Source: Candidatus Doudnabacteria bacterium
GTDB lineage: Bacteria > Patescibacteriota > JAQUNI01
Assembly: GCA_041644975.1 (NCBI GenBank)
Contig: JBAZQX010000005.1
Span: 13,068 to 77,067 of the forward strand
Length of the DNA: 64,000 nucleotides
Direction of reading: 5' to 3'
Shown: positions 27,721-38,247 of the stretch, one piece after another
Layout: each line of letters starts with the position of its first letter
Numbering within the stretch: position 1 is the stretch's first letter
Notes under the pieces: generated by a model
The model's input: the letters and a program-made list of their open reading frames with translations, nothing else
What the model was told of the DNA's origin: nothing
Database searches by the model: none
Translations under genes and position numbers: made by a program

Positions 27721-28545
27721 TTAATACTTGATATCTCCTCTTTCATCTGTCCTCAAAATTTGAATCCCTAAATCCTGAAGCCTCTTTAAGGCAGCCTCGT
27801 TCGGGTGACCATATGTATTCTTGCCCACAGAGATAATCGCGGCTTGCGGTTCAACGGCTTTCAAAAAATTTTCGCTCGTGGAATTCTTTGAGCCATGATG
27901 CCCTACTTTTAAAACATCGGATTTGAGATATACATTATTAGAAATCAACTCCGCTTCCTCATCTAATCCCGCGTCGCCCATAAGGAGATATTCCTTCTCT
28001 CCGCGCGCTAAACGGCAAACAATGGAAGTATTGTTCAAATCTTTCACCTTTTTATCCTGTAAATTTTCCAAAGGAAACAAAAAATCAAGATGAGTGTTAT
28101 TGGCGAGCATAATATGCTCGCCATAGCGCGGAAATGAAACCGCAATATTTTTCTTGGCGATAATCTCTTTAAATCTTTTGTAATATTCTTCGTCGCTTTC
28201 CACGCCATTATAAATTACTCTGTCCACTTTGTACCTTTCTAAAACTTCTATCAAGCCTCCCAAATGGTCTCTATTCGGGTGCGTAAGGATAACCGCGTCT
28301 AATGAACGGTCAAAGAACGGCATTATTTCACCAAGTTTACTTAAAACCGTCTTCCCTTCGCCCCCGTCAATTAAGATTTGATGCTGTTCTTCATCTTCAA
28401 TAAAAATACTATCTCCCTGTCCCACATCGTAAAAAATGACCCGAAACTTGGGTGGCTTTCCCCCTTCCCAAACCGCCCACCAACCAAGTATAGTAAGCAC
28501 AACTAAAAGTCCTAGAATATAATATTTATATCTTTGGAAAAACAT
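27721..28545 (-). CDS. ComEC metallo-beta-lactamase domain protein
   Basis: DVGQGD, THPNRDHLGG, LMGD, KVGHHGS and YGHP motifs. Confidence 0.9.
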   Translation of the reverse strand: MFFQRYKYYILGLLVVLTILGWWAVWEGGKPPKFRVIFYDVGQGDSIFIEDEEQHQILIDGGEGKTVLSKLGEIMPFFDRSLDAVILTHPNRDHLGGLIEVLERYKVDRVIYNGVESDEEYYKRFKEIIAKKNIAVSFPRYGEHIMLANNTHLDFLFPLENLQDKKVKDLNNTSIVCRLARGEKEYLLMGDAGLDEEAELISNNVYLKSDVLKVGHHGSKNSTSENFLKAVEPQAAIISVGKNTYGHPNEAALKRLQDLGIQILRTDERGDIKY

Positions 28546-28678
28546 TTGAAAATAGAATTAGGAATAATGAATCCCCGCACCAAGCCCCCGCTAACGCTCG
28601 GCTGGTACAGGGCAAGCAAGAATCAGGAATGAGCCCCTCCGAAACCTCTCCCCCTACAAAGGGGAGGAACTCCCTGAT

Positions 28679-30190
28679 TCATAATTCCTGCTTCCTAATT
28701 CCAATCTTATTATACCACACCAAAAACCCCGCCAAAACTAAATAATAAACGACCACCATCCACCATTGCATCTTTAACTCCAAAAAGCTATAAGGGATTT
28801 GAGCTAGATAATCACTAACTTTAAGAATCAAGGTTAGAAACGGCCAAATAAGCCAACTAAACATCCAGCCTAAAAGCCAATAAACAAAACCTAAAATAAT
28901 ACCGCAGAAGCCTAAAATTGTAATAAAGGGAACAAAGGGAACAATCAAAACATTAGCAATCGGAGAAATTAACGAAAGCTTGCTAAAATGAAACATCAAT
29001 AAAGGCAAAGTGGCAACTTGGGCGGCAAGGGTAAGCAAAATAATATTTTTAATAAAGCCAAGCTCTGGTAATTTCGCAAACCATTTTATAAAAATTGGAT
29101 AAATATAGACAAGGCCTAAAATCGCCGCGAAGGAAAGCTGGAAGCCGACATCATAAGGCAATAGTTTTGGATTAATGACAAGTATCGCTGCTGCGGCAAA
29201 AACAATCGCGTTGGCGGAATAATTCAGGCGACCCAAACGTTGCGCCAATAAAAACAGAAATCCCATTACCCCCGCTCTTACCGCGGAAGCGGGCGCGCCG
29301 ACCAAGATGACATATAAAATTAAAAATAAAACCGCGAAATAAAAAGCATGCTTCCGCCATAAACCTAAGGTTAAAAGAACGGACATCACTATTGTAGAAA
29401 TTAGAGTAATGTTAAAACCGGAAACAGCGATGATATGAGTTATGCCCACGCGAGAAAAATCATCCAAAACTTTTTTCGGAAAATTACCTCGCGAGCCCAA
29501 GGTTAATCCGGCTAATAATGATGCTTGCGGTTCTGGTAAAATTTTGCTAATCACATTACTGGTTTCTGCTTTCAATTTCAAAATGACCGCGTAAATAAAA
29601 TTGCCGTTACGAGAAGACAACAATTGCACTCCCCCCTCCCTGGGATAGCAAACCGAATAAATACCAAAAAGACTTAAATAATTTTTGTAAGAAAAATCTT
29701 CTTCCGCCTTGGGAGTTTGTAATTTGCAAGTGATTTTTAGTTTATCCCCATAATGGTATTGAGGATAATTTGGAACTGTTACCAGCGTCTTGCCTTGATA
29801 ATTACCCGCAGCTTTAACTGTGAGCTTTGTATTTGTATCCCGCGCATCTGGCTCTTTATTGACTATGCCCAAAAAACTCATTTCCCCCTGATCGTTATAA
29901 TAAGCAATGTGCGCGGCGTTAATTTCGGGCGCGCTCATCTCAAAGCGCCATACGCCCAAAACAAAAAATAGGATCGCAAGTCCTATTATTTTCGCCAGTT
30001 TTTCAGACCAGAAAACGCTGGTGATAATTATTCCCAAAACTACCAAACCAATTAACGTGACACGCCTTATGTCTCCGCTCAAATCCTGTATTAGCCCACC
30101 AACAAATACGCCTCCGATGATACTTAAACAAAAAGTCAAAAATATAGTGGATTTACTAATTACAATGTTGATATAAAAAATTAACGCCAA
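28679..30190 (-). CDS. comEC: ComEC/Rec2 competence membrane channel; start uncertain
   Basis: GITHIIAVSGFN, SAVRAGVM and GFQLSF motifs. Confidence 0.92.
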   Translation of the reverse strand: MALIFYINIVISKSTIFLTFCLSIIGGVFVGGLIQDLSGDIRRVTLIGLVVLGIIITSVFWSEKLAKIIGLAILFFVLGVWRFEMSAPEINAAHIAYYNDQGEMSFLGIVNKEPDARDTNTKLTVKAAGNYQGKTLVTVPNYPQYHYGDKLKITCKLQTPKAEEDFSYKNYLSLFGIYSVCYPREGGVQLLSSRNGNFIYAVILKLKAETSNVISKILPEPQASLLAGLTLGSRGNFPKKVLDDFSRVGITHIIAVSGFNITLISTIVMSVLLTLGLWRKHAFYFAVLFLILYVILVGAPASAVRAGVMGFLFLLAQRLGRLNYSANAIVFAAAAILVINPKLLPYDVGFQLSFAAILGLVYIYPIFIKWFAKLPELGFIKNIILLTLAAQVATLPLLMFHFSKLSLISPIANVLIVPFVPFITILGFCGIILGFVYWLLGWMFSWLIWPFLTLILKVSDYLAQIPYSFLELKMQWWMVVVYYLVLAGFLVWYNKIGIRKQEL

Positions 30191-30302
30191 AATCTAAACA
30201 AAATTCATAATTCCTGCCTGCCCGCCGACCTGTCCGCAGAAGTCCGCCTTTGGCGGACGAAGGAGGAAGCCTTGGCATAGGCGGACCTGCCCCGCACCGA
30301 AT

Positions 30303-32792
30303 TTATTCTGGTGACGGGGCTTCCATTTCAGGCTGAAGCTGCTCCAGAGTCTTCGCTTCCACTTCCGCGCGCTCCCTGCCGTATTTCAAGCGCGATAAAT
30401 TTTTTATTTTTCGCGCCAAATCGCGGTCAGGCTTTTGCTCGGGCGATAAGGTCTGCATACTAAAAGCTTTGGAAGGCGTATTATTGATAGTAAGTTTCAG
30501 ATAGGTTTGGAATTGGCCAAGATTGATTAAATCATGGGCGGAAAAAACCGGCTCGGTTTGTTTTTCCACAAACTCGGCGTCATTGGGTCCGATCCGAAAA
30601 GAAGCAAGACTGCCGACATTGCCAAAAACCGCGTCGCGAATCTGTTCCGGAAGCTGGGCGATATATTGATTGGCGAGAGTTAAATTCAGGCGGTATTTGC
30701 GGGCTTCGGACAAAATCGTCATAATACTGTCCGTAGTGAAATTTTGGAACTCATCAATATAAAGATAAAAATCGCGCCGCTCTTCCTCGGGGATATCCAC
30801 CCGCCCCATTGCCGCCATCTGGATTTTAGAAACAATAATCAAACCGAGAAGCGAAGAATTGATCTCGCCGGTTTTGCCTTTAGACAGATTAACGAGCAAA
30901 ATTTTGCCGGAGTCCATAATCTCGCGGAGATTGAAGGCGGAGCGCTGCTGGCCGATAATATTGCGCATCATTGTGTTCTCCACAAACTGCCCGATCTTGG
31001 AAATCAAATAGCCCAACATCTCGGATTTATGAAAATCCGTGGTCTTCGCCATTTCCTTCTCCCAAAAATCGCGCACCACCGTATCCGTCACTTTCGCGAT
31101 CTTGTATTTTTGATATTCCGGATCAGTGAACATCCGCGGAATCTCGGTAATCGTCCCAGGATTTTCCGGATCCGCCATCAAGGTCAGCATCACATTGCGC
31201 ATATTATGCTCAAACATCGGGCCCACAATCTCCGGTGGAAAAAGCTTATGGAAAATGGCAATCATCTCAGAGACGACAAAGTCCTTCTGTTCGGGCGTAT
31301 TATATTCCAGCATATTAAGCCCCAAGGGGCGGTCAATATCTCCCGGGTCAAAAAGCACGACCTCTTCCGCTCTGTTTCTCGGTATAAGGCCTAATAATTC
31401 TTCAATAAGTTCGCCATGGGGATCCACCACGCAAACGCCCTCGCCACTTTGCAAATCCTGCGCCACCATATTTTTAAGCAAAGTGGTTTTGCCCGTCCCG
31501 GTCTGACCAATAACATACAAATGACGGCGCCGATCTTCTCTTTGAATCCGCACCAGTCTCTCCACGCCCCGAAAAACATTCTTGCCAATCACAATCCCTT
31601 CTTGAGGCAGATTGGCGGGCGCCTCGCCCTTCTTGGCAGTAAGCCATTTCACTTCCGGCGTTTCGGTGTAAGCCGTAGGCAAATGGAAAATGCTCGCCAG
31701 CTCCTCGGTGTTTAAAATACTCGCTTTTTCCTCATCAAAAAAACGAAAATTAAAATTGGTAATCGTTTTTTTGGCGCTCCACTTTTTATTTTTATCCGGC
31801 TTGAAACTATTATATTCGGGATAAGTAAACTGCTGAAAAGCGTTGATTAAATTGGACAATTTAATCTCGGCTTGCTCGCGCGTGGGACTCGCGGCCGCCA
31901 GACGAATATTGGTCCGAAAAGCGACCTTGTTCGCTTTCTCTTCCAAAAGCTTTACCGTTTCCTGCTGCAGGGGGGTTAAGGAAGGCGGCGCTTCAATCTG
32001 CTTTTCCCCTTCCACTTCCGGCGCTCTTTTCTTCTTCTCGGCTCCTTGAACCGCTGTCATCACCACCTCGCCGGCAAAATGCGCCATCTTGCCTGCCACG
32101 CTCTTCGCGCCCACCGCCTCCGCGGTTTTCACGCCCTGCTGAATCTTGCGCGCCGCGGAAAGACCCTTGGTCTGCCAGCCTTTGGGAGCGGGACGAATCA
32201 TCACCTCTATACCCCCTCCTTCTTGATCTCCCATCTTGCTCAAAGCGTTAGCAAGAGCCGAGAGAGGGTCATTTTCCAAATATTTATAAGTTTTAATTGG
32301 AAAAACATTTTCGCGCGACAAAACCATATTCGTCGCGAGCACCACGCTCTCGGGAGTATAAAAATTGTATTCCTTCACCTCTTCCAGTTCGGCTTTGGGA
32401 TAAGCCGCCTGGATTTGTTTTTCCACGAGCCCCACCAAATTATTCGGACAGCAAACGTAAAAACTTGTTTCATTATGATGCGCCACAATTTCCAAAGAAA
32501 CAAAATCTTTTTCCTCCCAAAGCTTGGCTTTTTTCACACGATTGAGTTGCGCGAAGCCGGCGAATACCTGCTCCGCCACCGCGATCAACTCCTTCTCTTC
32601 CTGTTTTTCCTCTTTCTCCCCCTTGCCGATTTCTTTCGGCACCCGAATTGAAAACAAAGTTGTTTGGAAAGCCTTAGGCACCTTGGATTTCTTGCGCTGG
32701 TTTAAAATCAAAAAATAAGCAATCAAGATAAGCAATAAAATAAAAAGTATCCCACATAAAAGATAGATGATGGAAAGATTAGTTTCATTCAT
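30303..32792 (-). CDS. VirD4/TraG/HerA-like coupling-protein ATPase with N-terminal TM
   Basis: RHLYVIGQTGTGKT, DPHG, YIDEFQNF and SEARKY motifs. Confidence 0.88.
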   Translation of the reverse strand: MNETNLSIIYLLCGILFILLLILIAYFLILNQRKKSKVPKAFQTTLFSIRVPKEIGKGEKEEKQEEKELIAVAEQVFAGFAQLNRVKKAKLWEEKDFVSLEIVAHHNETSFYVCCPNNLVGLVEKQIQAAYPKAELEEVKEYNFYTPESVVLATNMVLSRENVFPIKTYKYLENDPLSALANALSKMGDQEGGGIEVMIRPAPKGWQTKGLSAARKIQQGVKTAEAVGAKSVAGKMAHFAGEVVMTAVQGAEKKKRAPEVEGEKQIEAPPSLTPLQQETVKLLEEKANKVAFRTNIRLAAASPTREQAEIKLSNLINAFQQFTYPEYNSFKPDKNKKWSAKKTITNFNFRFFDEEKASILNTEELASIFHLPTAYTETPEVKWLTAKKGEAPANLPQEGIVIGKNVFRGVERLVRIQREDRRRHLYVIGQTGTGKTTLLKNMVAQDLQSGEGVCVVDPHGELIEELLGLIPRNRAEEVVLFDPGDIDRPLGLNMLEYNTPEQKDFVVSEMIAIFHKLFPPEIVGPMFEHNMRNVMLTLMADPENPGTITEIPRMFTDPEYQKYKIAKVTDTVVRDFWEKEMAKTTDFHKSEMLGYLISKIGQFVENTMMRNIIGQQRSAFNLREIMDSGKILLVNLSKGKTGEINSSLLGLIIVSKIQMAAMGRVDIPEEERRDFYLYIDEFQNFTTDSIMTILSEARKYRLNLTLANQYIAQLPEQIRDAVFGNVGSLASFRIGPNDAEFVEKQTEPVFSAHDLINLGQFQTYLKLTINNTPSKAFSMQTLSPEQKPDRDLARKIKNLSRLKYGRERAEVEAKTLEQLQPEMEAPSPE

Positions 32793-32804
32793 AAAGACAG
32801 CATA

Positions 32805-33268
32805 AATTATAACTTATAACTTATAACTTGTAACTCAAGACTTCTGAAAAATTTGAGTTACGACGGGTGATGGATTTTAAGTTTTGAAATTATCCCCCAA
32901 AGCATTGCTCCTATTTTTTCAGCCAGATTGATTAATTCACAATATCGCTCTTTATTTAAATATTGCCTGTGATGAGAAAAATAGATAAGATACTTACTTT
33001 CTTTTAATGATCCATATGAAATTTCTAAAAAGTTCCTTAAAGTATTTCTGCTCTGTCGGGCATAACCTTCTATGTAATTCAAAATCACAGACAAAGCCGC
33101 TCTCCGTAATTGCGATATTAAACCAAATTGCTCTATCTTAGGGAAATCTTGAGTATAATCATAAACTTTATTTGCATAAACATCCATAAACTTCTTTAAT
33201 TCCTGATGAAATTGATTTGTCCGTTCCATTCTCTCTTGGGTTATAAGTTACAAGTTATAAGTTACACG
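32805..33268 (-). mobile_element. Four-helix-bundle cassette bounded by inverted heptamer arms
   Basis: (TAACTTA)n...CAAG at 32805-32839 and CTTG...(TAAGTTA)n at 33235-33268. Confidence 0.6.
32858..33229 (-). CDS. Four-helix-bundle protein (23S rRNA intervening-sequence protein / Avd-like family)
   Basis: VYDYTQDFP..EQFGLISQLRRAALSVILNYIEG...FLEISYGSLKE. Confidence 0.92.
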   Translation of the reverse strand: MERTNQFHQELKKFMDVYANKVYDYTQDFPKIEQFGLISQLRRAALSVILNYIEGYARQSRNTLRNFLEISYGSLKESKYLIYFSHHRQYLNKERYCELINLAEKIGAMLWGIISKLKIHHPS

Positions 33269-33272
33269 ATTT

Positions 33273-33932
33273 TCACGCCGCTTTCTTTTCTTCACGACCT
33301 TGGCTTAGAACATCTTTTTGGGCATAGGGATCCAAACGTTGTAATTGTTTAAATCTTCGCACTTCAACCTGCGCTTTCTTTTCCGCGCTTATTGCTTCTT
33401 TCTGCTCTGCGACCGCTTCCCGCGCTTCTTGCGTTAAGTCTTTTGCCGCTTCTTCCGCCTTGCCTGCCGCGATTTGCGTTTGCCGCGCCGCTTCTATGCC
33501 CTGTGGCCTTCCTTTCTCTATTCTTTCCGCGGATAATTCCGCTTTTGCGGCAGTTTTTCCACTCTCCTTTTCAATTTCTTCCTGCGTGCCTTGGACTGCT
33601 TCCCGCGCCATTTCCAATTTTTCCGCGGCGGCATTTTGTTCCTCTAAAGCGTGGCGCGCCTTTTCCCTTTGAATGGTTACTAAAGGATGCTCTGTGGGCG
33701 TAGCTTGCGCCTCCTCTGGAGACGGAGGAGGAGATATTATTTCCTTTTTCTCTGATAATTGTTCTGGTTTTATCTCGGATGGACTCTGGGGTTCAACTGC
33801 GCCCTCCCCAGCTATTTTTTGCCCCTCAAGAGCTTGTTTTTTCAATCTCTGTTCACTAACTTCTTGCAAAGTTTGGGGTGGAGTAGGAAGAGTAGATGTT
33901 TTATCCTGATTTGGGTTTTGATTTAAAGGCAT
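33273..33932 (-). CDS. Hypothetical Glu/Ala/Lys-rich coiled-coil protein
   Basis: 219-aa ORF in the operon direction. Confidence 0.7.
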   Translation of the reverse strand: MPLNQNPNQDKTSTLPTPPQTLQEVSEQRLKKQALEGQKIAGEGAVEPQSPSEIKPEQLSEKKEIISPPPSPEEAQATPTEHPLVTIQREKARHALEEQNAAAEKLEMAREAVQGTQEEIEKESGKTAAKAELSAERIEKGRPQGIEAARQTQIAAGKAEEAAKDLTQEAREAVAEQKEAISAEKKAQVEVRRFKQLQRLDPYAQKDVLSQGREEKKAA

Positions 33933-34040
33933 AAAAATGAAATTTAATGACTTAATTTCATTATAACATTTTTTAAAAAATATGTAGAGACATCAAAATT
34001 TCGTGTCTCTGCTCACTAAGACATCGCAAACCAGTCCCTC

Positions 34041-34262
34041 CTATTTTTGAATCCGAACAACTTTATTCCTTCCCCTTTCCCCCCGGCTGATCTGTATGTA
34101 ACTTTTGGCAACTCCAGAATAATCCGCCAGAATCTTGATTAGGGCTTTATTCGCCTTACCTTCCACTGCTGGCGCGGTTAAATAAATCTTAAAACAACCG
34201 TCTGAAAGAACGGTTATTTTATTCTGCTTGGCGTTAGGAATAACTTTGCAGGAAATGGTCAT
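34041..34262 (-). CDS. DUF167 (YggU-like) protein
   Basis: KVIPNAK...APAVEGKANKALI...GE.GRNK. Confidence 0.88.
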   Translation of the reverse strand: MTISCKVIPNAKQNKITVLSDGCFKIYLTAPAVEGKANKALIKILADYSGVAKSYIQISRGERGRNKVVRIQK

Positions 34263-34401
34263 AAAAATTCTTTAATAACCCTAAGCTCTTGCCAACTTTA
34301 AAATTAATCAAACAAGCGCCTCCTATTCCAAGTTTTCTTACTATTTTATTCCGTCCGCTTTCAGCAGGACGAAGTTAGCTTCCAGCGTGACGCAGTCCGC
34401 T

Positions 34402-34741
34402 TTAATCCACAGGCACAACTCTTTTGCCTTGAATCATAAAGTCTATGATCACTTTGCCGTGGTCGCCAAGACCTGTCCACTCGTCGTCGTTATCCCAGGA
34501 ATACTGCGCCCAGGTCTCATTGCATTTCCCGCCACGAACAAGATAATTCATCCGAATTCGTTTATTTTTTGGCAGCTTGCTTAAGGGAATGTTTGCGACA
34601 TAGCCTTGATTCGACCAATCCATTTTCCAAGTATAATTCCAGCGATCAGGGTCGCCGGTAATCACGACCGTTTCGCCGCGTCGGGGCTGCGGAATAAAAA
34701 CCCAGCACAAAAATCCCCGCACACATAATTAGCTTTTTCAT
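34402..34741 (-). pseudogene. Secreted hypothetical protein with a frameshift after the signal peptide
   Basis: MKKLIMCAGIFVLGFYSAAP (from 34741) is in a different frame from the ETVVITGDPDRW... body. Confidence 0.5.
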
Positions 34742-34813
34742 AGATTTTTTGAATCTGTTTTTTTGAATTTTAGAGATTAGTCTCATAATATTCTTGGTTT
34801 AAGATTTTTAAAA

Positions 34814-36478
34814 TTAATTCCGCGGCTGACTGGATAAATTAATTCTTGCGCTCTTTTGCGTTAGAAATAAGCGCGCTAATCTTAATTCTTGATAAGAAAA
34901 ATCTTTGCCTAATATTTCACGCACCGGCTTTAAATACATCTCCCCAGTTTGTTGGAAAGCAATCTTGATAATTTCAAAACGGCTCTCCGGCAATTTTAAA
35001 TAATCTAAGCTCATTTCCTTAATTTTATTATTTTGCGCTAGCTTTTCTAAATGACTCACAATAGTCTCTTGTTTCAAACCGCGTCTTGAAGCAATCTCTT
35101 CCAACGACAATCTTTCCACCACCAACATTCTGGTTTTCTCGTAAGTTGAAAGATGGTCTTTATTCTCTTTTTTAATATCCTCTTCAATCTCATCATCTTT
35201 CAATTTCATCCTTTGGTTTATTTCTTCCCTTAAAGAAACCATCACCTCTTGCGACATCTGCCTTAAATTTTTATCCAAGCTTAAAACTTCCTTATTCACT
35301 TGAAGCGCTAGATCATTAATCCCTAACAATTTGAGGCAGTCAAAAGATCGCACCCGCGAAAGAGCGACATAGCCCATCCCTTCTACAAAAGATTTGGAAA
35401 GGTCAACCTCTGCCGCGTCTAAGGTCATACCTTGGCTTTTATGCACCGTGATTGCCCAGGCCAAGCGCAAGGGCAATTGATAAATTGCCGCTCTTTCCCT
35501 CCCATCTTCTTCAATGGTCCAACTCGCCGGCAAGGCAATTACTATTTTACCTGCGCAAGTTTTAATGATCGGAAACTTATGTTCATCAAAGCCAATTATT
35601 TTCCCCAACGTTCCATTCACATATCCCTTCTCAAAATTATTTTTCACAAACATCACTTTCGCGCCCTTTTTTAGTCTTAACCGCTCCGGCGCGAGGCACC
35701 CTATTTGCAAAGCTTGCACTAACTTTTTCGGACCACTTCCCCGCATTGAATAGGCAAACTCCTTCCCCGGAATCTTGGCTAACTCCATATTATTAATCAC
35801 GTCCACATCCGCGTTATGAGTATAAAGCTTGGGCGGCGATAAAGAAAAAACTGTTTTTCCAAGCTGCTTGCTGGATAATATTTTATGCGATTCTTTTAAA
35901 TTATTATCACGAATATGTCCGAGCAAAGAAAGAAGGTCAACGTCCTTGTGGCGATGTTGTTCTTCCAAATAGCAAACCTTAATGTCCATCCTTGGCCAGA
36001 CATCGGATTCCGTAATGAATTTAGCGGCTTTTCCCCTATTTTGCACAGGCGGCAACTGAAAAAAATCGCCCGAACAAATAACCTGCATACCGCCAAAAGG
36101 TTCATCATTCTCTTTGAACACCCGACAAATTTGATCTACCAAATCAAATTGAAAGCCATGCAGCATTGAAATCTCATCAATAATCAAAATTTCTGTTTTG
36201 CGAAAATGCTTAATTAAATATGGTCTTCTCAAAAGATCCTCCAAATCCCTTTCACCTAATTTTTCTTTAATGCCCAAGCCAGACCAAGAATGAATAGTAA
36301 CGCCATTCATATGGGTAGCGGCAATCCCAGTGGAAGCGGTAACCGCAACGCTCTTCCCGTGTTTTTTTAAATATTGGATAAATTGATTCAATAAAAAAGT
36401 CTTGCCTGACCCCGGCGGCCCGGTCAACAGCGCGTTGTAGCCTAATTTTAAGATCGCGATCGCTTCTGCTTGAATCAT
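34814..36478 (-). CDS. Pif1-like SF1 helicase with C-terminal HTH
   Basis: GPPGSGKT, IIDEISM, GDFFQLPP, AWAITVHKSQG and YVALSR motifs. Confidence 0.9.
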   Translation of the reverse strand: MIQAEAIAILKLGYNALLTGPPGSGKTFLLNQFIQYLKKHGKSVAVTASTGIAATHMNGVTIHSWSGLGIKEKLGERDLEDLLRRPYLIKHFRKTEILIIDEISMLHGFQFDLVDQICRVFKENDEPFGGMQVICSGDFFQLPPVQNRGKAAKFITESDVWPRMDIKVCYLEEQHRHKDVDLLSLLGHIRDNNLKESHKILSSKQLGKTVFSLSPPKLYTHNADVDVINNMELAKIPGKEFAYSMRGSGPKKLVQALQIGCLAPERLRLKKGAKVMFVKNNFEKGYVNGTLGKIIGFDEHKFPIIKTCAGKIVIALPASWTIEEDGRERAAIYQLPLRLAWAITVHKSQGMTLDAAEVDLSKSFVEGMGYVALSRVRSFDCLKLLGINDLALQVNKEVLSLDKNLRQMSQEVMVSLREEINQRMKLKDDEIEEDIKKENKDHLSTYEKTRMLVVERLSLEEIASRRGLKQETIVSHLEKLAQNNKIKEMSLDYLKLPESRFEIIKIAFQQTGEMYLKPVREILGKDFSYQELRLARLFLTQKSARINLSSQPRN

Positions 36479-36634
36479 AAATAGAGATCAAATTTAAAAG
36501 TATCTTCTCTGTTGACCTGATCAATTTCTTGAGATGTAAATTTTATTTCTTTTTCTGGCATAAATTTTGAAAATTGCGGTAGGGAACAAAAATTTTCGTT
36601 CCCTGCCATTTTAACACAAAAAAAATTTACCGTC

Positions 36635-37063
36635 TTACCCCGTGGACCCGAAACCCCCTCGGGAATGATTTTGCGTCTTTTCTACTTCCTCCCATTCCCC
36701 TCTTTCAATCTTCACAAAAATCCCTTGGGCAATGCGGTCGCCGACCGCAACGCGCGCTTCTTTGTCCGTGAAATTATACACTTGCACGCGGATTTCATCT
36801 TCCGCCCCGCAATAATCTTGGTCAATAATCCCCGCGCCGTTAATTAACATTAAACCTTCTTTTACTGGTGTTGAGGAACGAGCAATGAGCATCAACATAT
36901 ATCCCGGCGGAGTTTTAACAATGATATTCGCGGGAATGCGCACGATTTCCTTGGGTTTCACAACCACGCTCTCGCGGCAAATCAAATCAAAACCCACGGA
37001 GCCAGAGGTTTCGTATTTAGGCAAAGGCAAAGATTGATCTACTCGTTTGATTTGAATTTTCAT
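36635..37063 (-). CDS. dut: dUTPase
   Basis: GFDL, RSS, GIIDQDY, RIAQ and RGGFGSTG motifs. Confidence 0.95.
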   Translation of the reverse strand: MKIQIKRVDQSLPLPKYETSGSVGFDLICRESVVVKPKEIVRIPANIIVKTPPGYMLMLIARSSTPVKEGLMLINGAGIIDQDYCGAEDEIRVQVYNFTDKEARVAVGDRIAQGIFVKIERGEWEEVEKTQNHSRGGFGSTG

Positions 37064-37149
37064 AAACCACTTTTCGTCATTGCGAGGAAAGCCGGCCTTA
37101 AAGACGGCTGACGAAGCAATCTCATTAAATTATAAGGTTGACGATAAAT

Positions 37150-37851
37150 TTATATCCCTCTAATTTCCACTTTTTTCACATACTTTTCCGCGATCTTTTG
37201 GAAATTACGAATCACACTCTCCCTATAAACTTTTCTCTCTGGATCGGGCGCTAATGTTTTGAGGGGCTGATATTGCTGGAGCGCGTATTTTTCCGCGCCG
37301 GCGATAACCTTGACCATTTCCTCTAAATTATCCTTGCGCACAAGAGGCGGGAAAAGAGTAGTCCGAAATTCATAATGAAACCCATCTGGCTTTTTCGCTC
37401 GTAGCAGAAAAGCGGCGCTCTCTTTGATCCGCGCAAGTTCTACAGCCGGCTGCACTTTTGGATAATCCTGCCAGCTGGTTTTTAAATCCATCGCCGCGTA
37501 ATCCACAAACTTTTCTTGGATCAATTTTTTCAACATAACAGGATCGGAACCATTAGTATCTAGTTTAATCAGATAGCCTAAATCCTTCACTCGCGAAATA
37601 AAGCGAGGCAAATCCGCCTGCAGGGTCGGCTCGCCGCCGGTAATCACCAATGCTTCCAATTTGCCTTTTCTTTTGCCCAAAAACTTTAACACTTCCGTCT
37701 CGGTAAAAACGGGCAAACTGGAATCCTCTCTTACTAATTCAGGATTATAACAAAAAGCGCACCGGAGGGTACAGCCTGATGTGAAAATAATCGCCGCAAT
37801 CTTTCCCGGATAATCAAGAAGAGAAAATTTCTGAAAACCGCGGATTTGCAT
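37150..37851 (-). CDS. nrdG: Anaerobic RNR activating radical-SAM enzyme
   Basis: CTLRCAFC, TGGEP and DTNG motifs. Confidence 0.92.
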   Translation of the reverse strand: MQIRGFQKFSLLDYPGKIAAIIFTSGCTLRCAFCYNPELVREDSSLPVFTETEVLKFLGKRKGKLEALVITGGEPTLQADLPRFISRVKDLGYLIKLDTNGSDPVMLKKLIQEKFVDYAAMDLKTSWQDYPKVQPAVELARIKESAAFLLRAKKPDGFHYEFRTTLFPPLVRKDNLEEMVKVIAGAEKYALQQYQPLKTLAPDPERKVYRESVIRNFQKIAEKYVKKVEIRGI

Positions 37852-37933
37852 AAAAATAGTAACTAGTAACTCGTAGTTGGTAATTAAGACGAACCACCCT
37901 TCGGGCGAGATATTACTATTTACTAATTACTGA

Positions 37934-38122
37934 TTACTTCTCTAACCCTTCACCTTTAGCTAAAGATGAAGGGTCTAATGCCTTATTATATTCCTTCCGA
38001 TCATGAAACTCCTCCTGCTTGCCGTCATTCCACTGTTTCACCGGCCGCAGATAACCAACAACGCGCGAATAAACCTCGCATTTTGTGCGTTGTAATTCTA
38101 AATTTTGTCTTGTCTGATTCAT
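37934..38122 (-). CDS. Separate NrdD glycyl-radical domain polypeptide
   Basis: CEVYSRVVGYLRPVKQWNDGKQEEF; start reassigned to MNQTRQ. Confidence 0.85.
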   Translation of the reverse strand: MNQTRQNLELQRTKCEVYSRVVGYLRPVKQWNDGKQEEFHDRKEYNKALDPSSLAKGEGLEK

Positions 38123-38247
38123 TTTATTTTCCTTACTTAAAAAATTATTTTTCATTTTTGATTGTCTCGCTTCGCGAGATCTCGCGAAGCGATGATGATT
38201 TTTCCTGCCCGCTGTGCTCTTAGCAAAGCATGGCGGGCGGGCACTTT

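Noticed and set aside
30303-32792. Conjugative element implied by the VirD4-like ATPase
   Set aside because: No relaxase, VirB genes or integrase nearby; the context is competence and housekeeping genes.
32858-33229. Diversity-generating retroelement suggested by the Avd-like protein
   Set aside because: There is no reverse transcriptase and no TR/VR repeat pair in the window.
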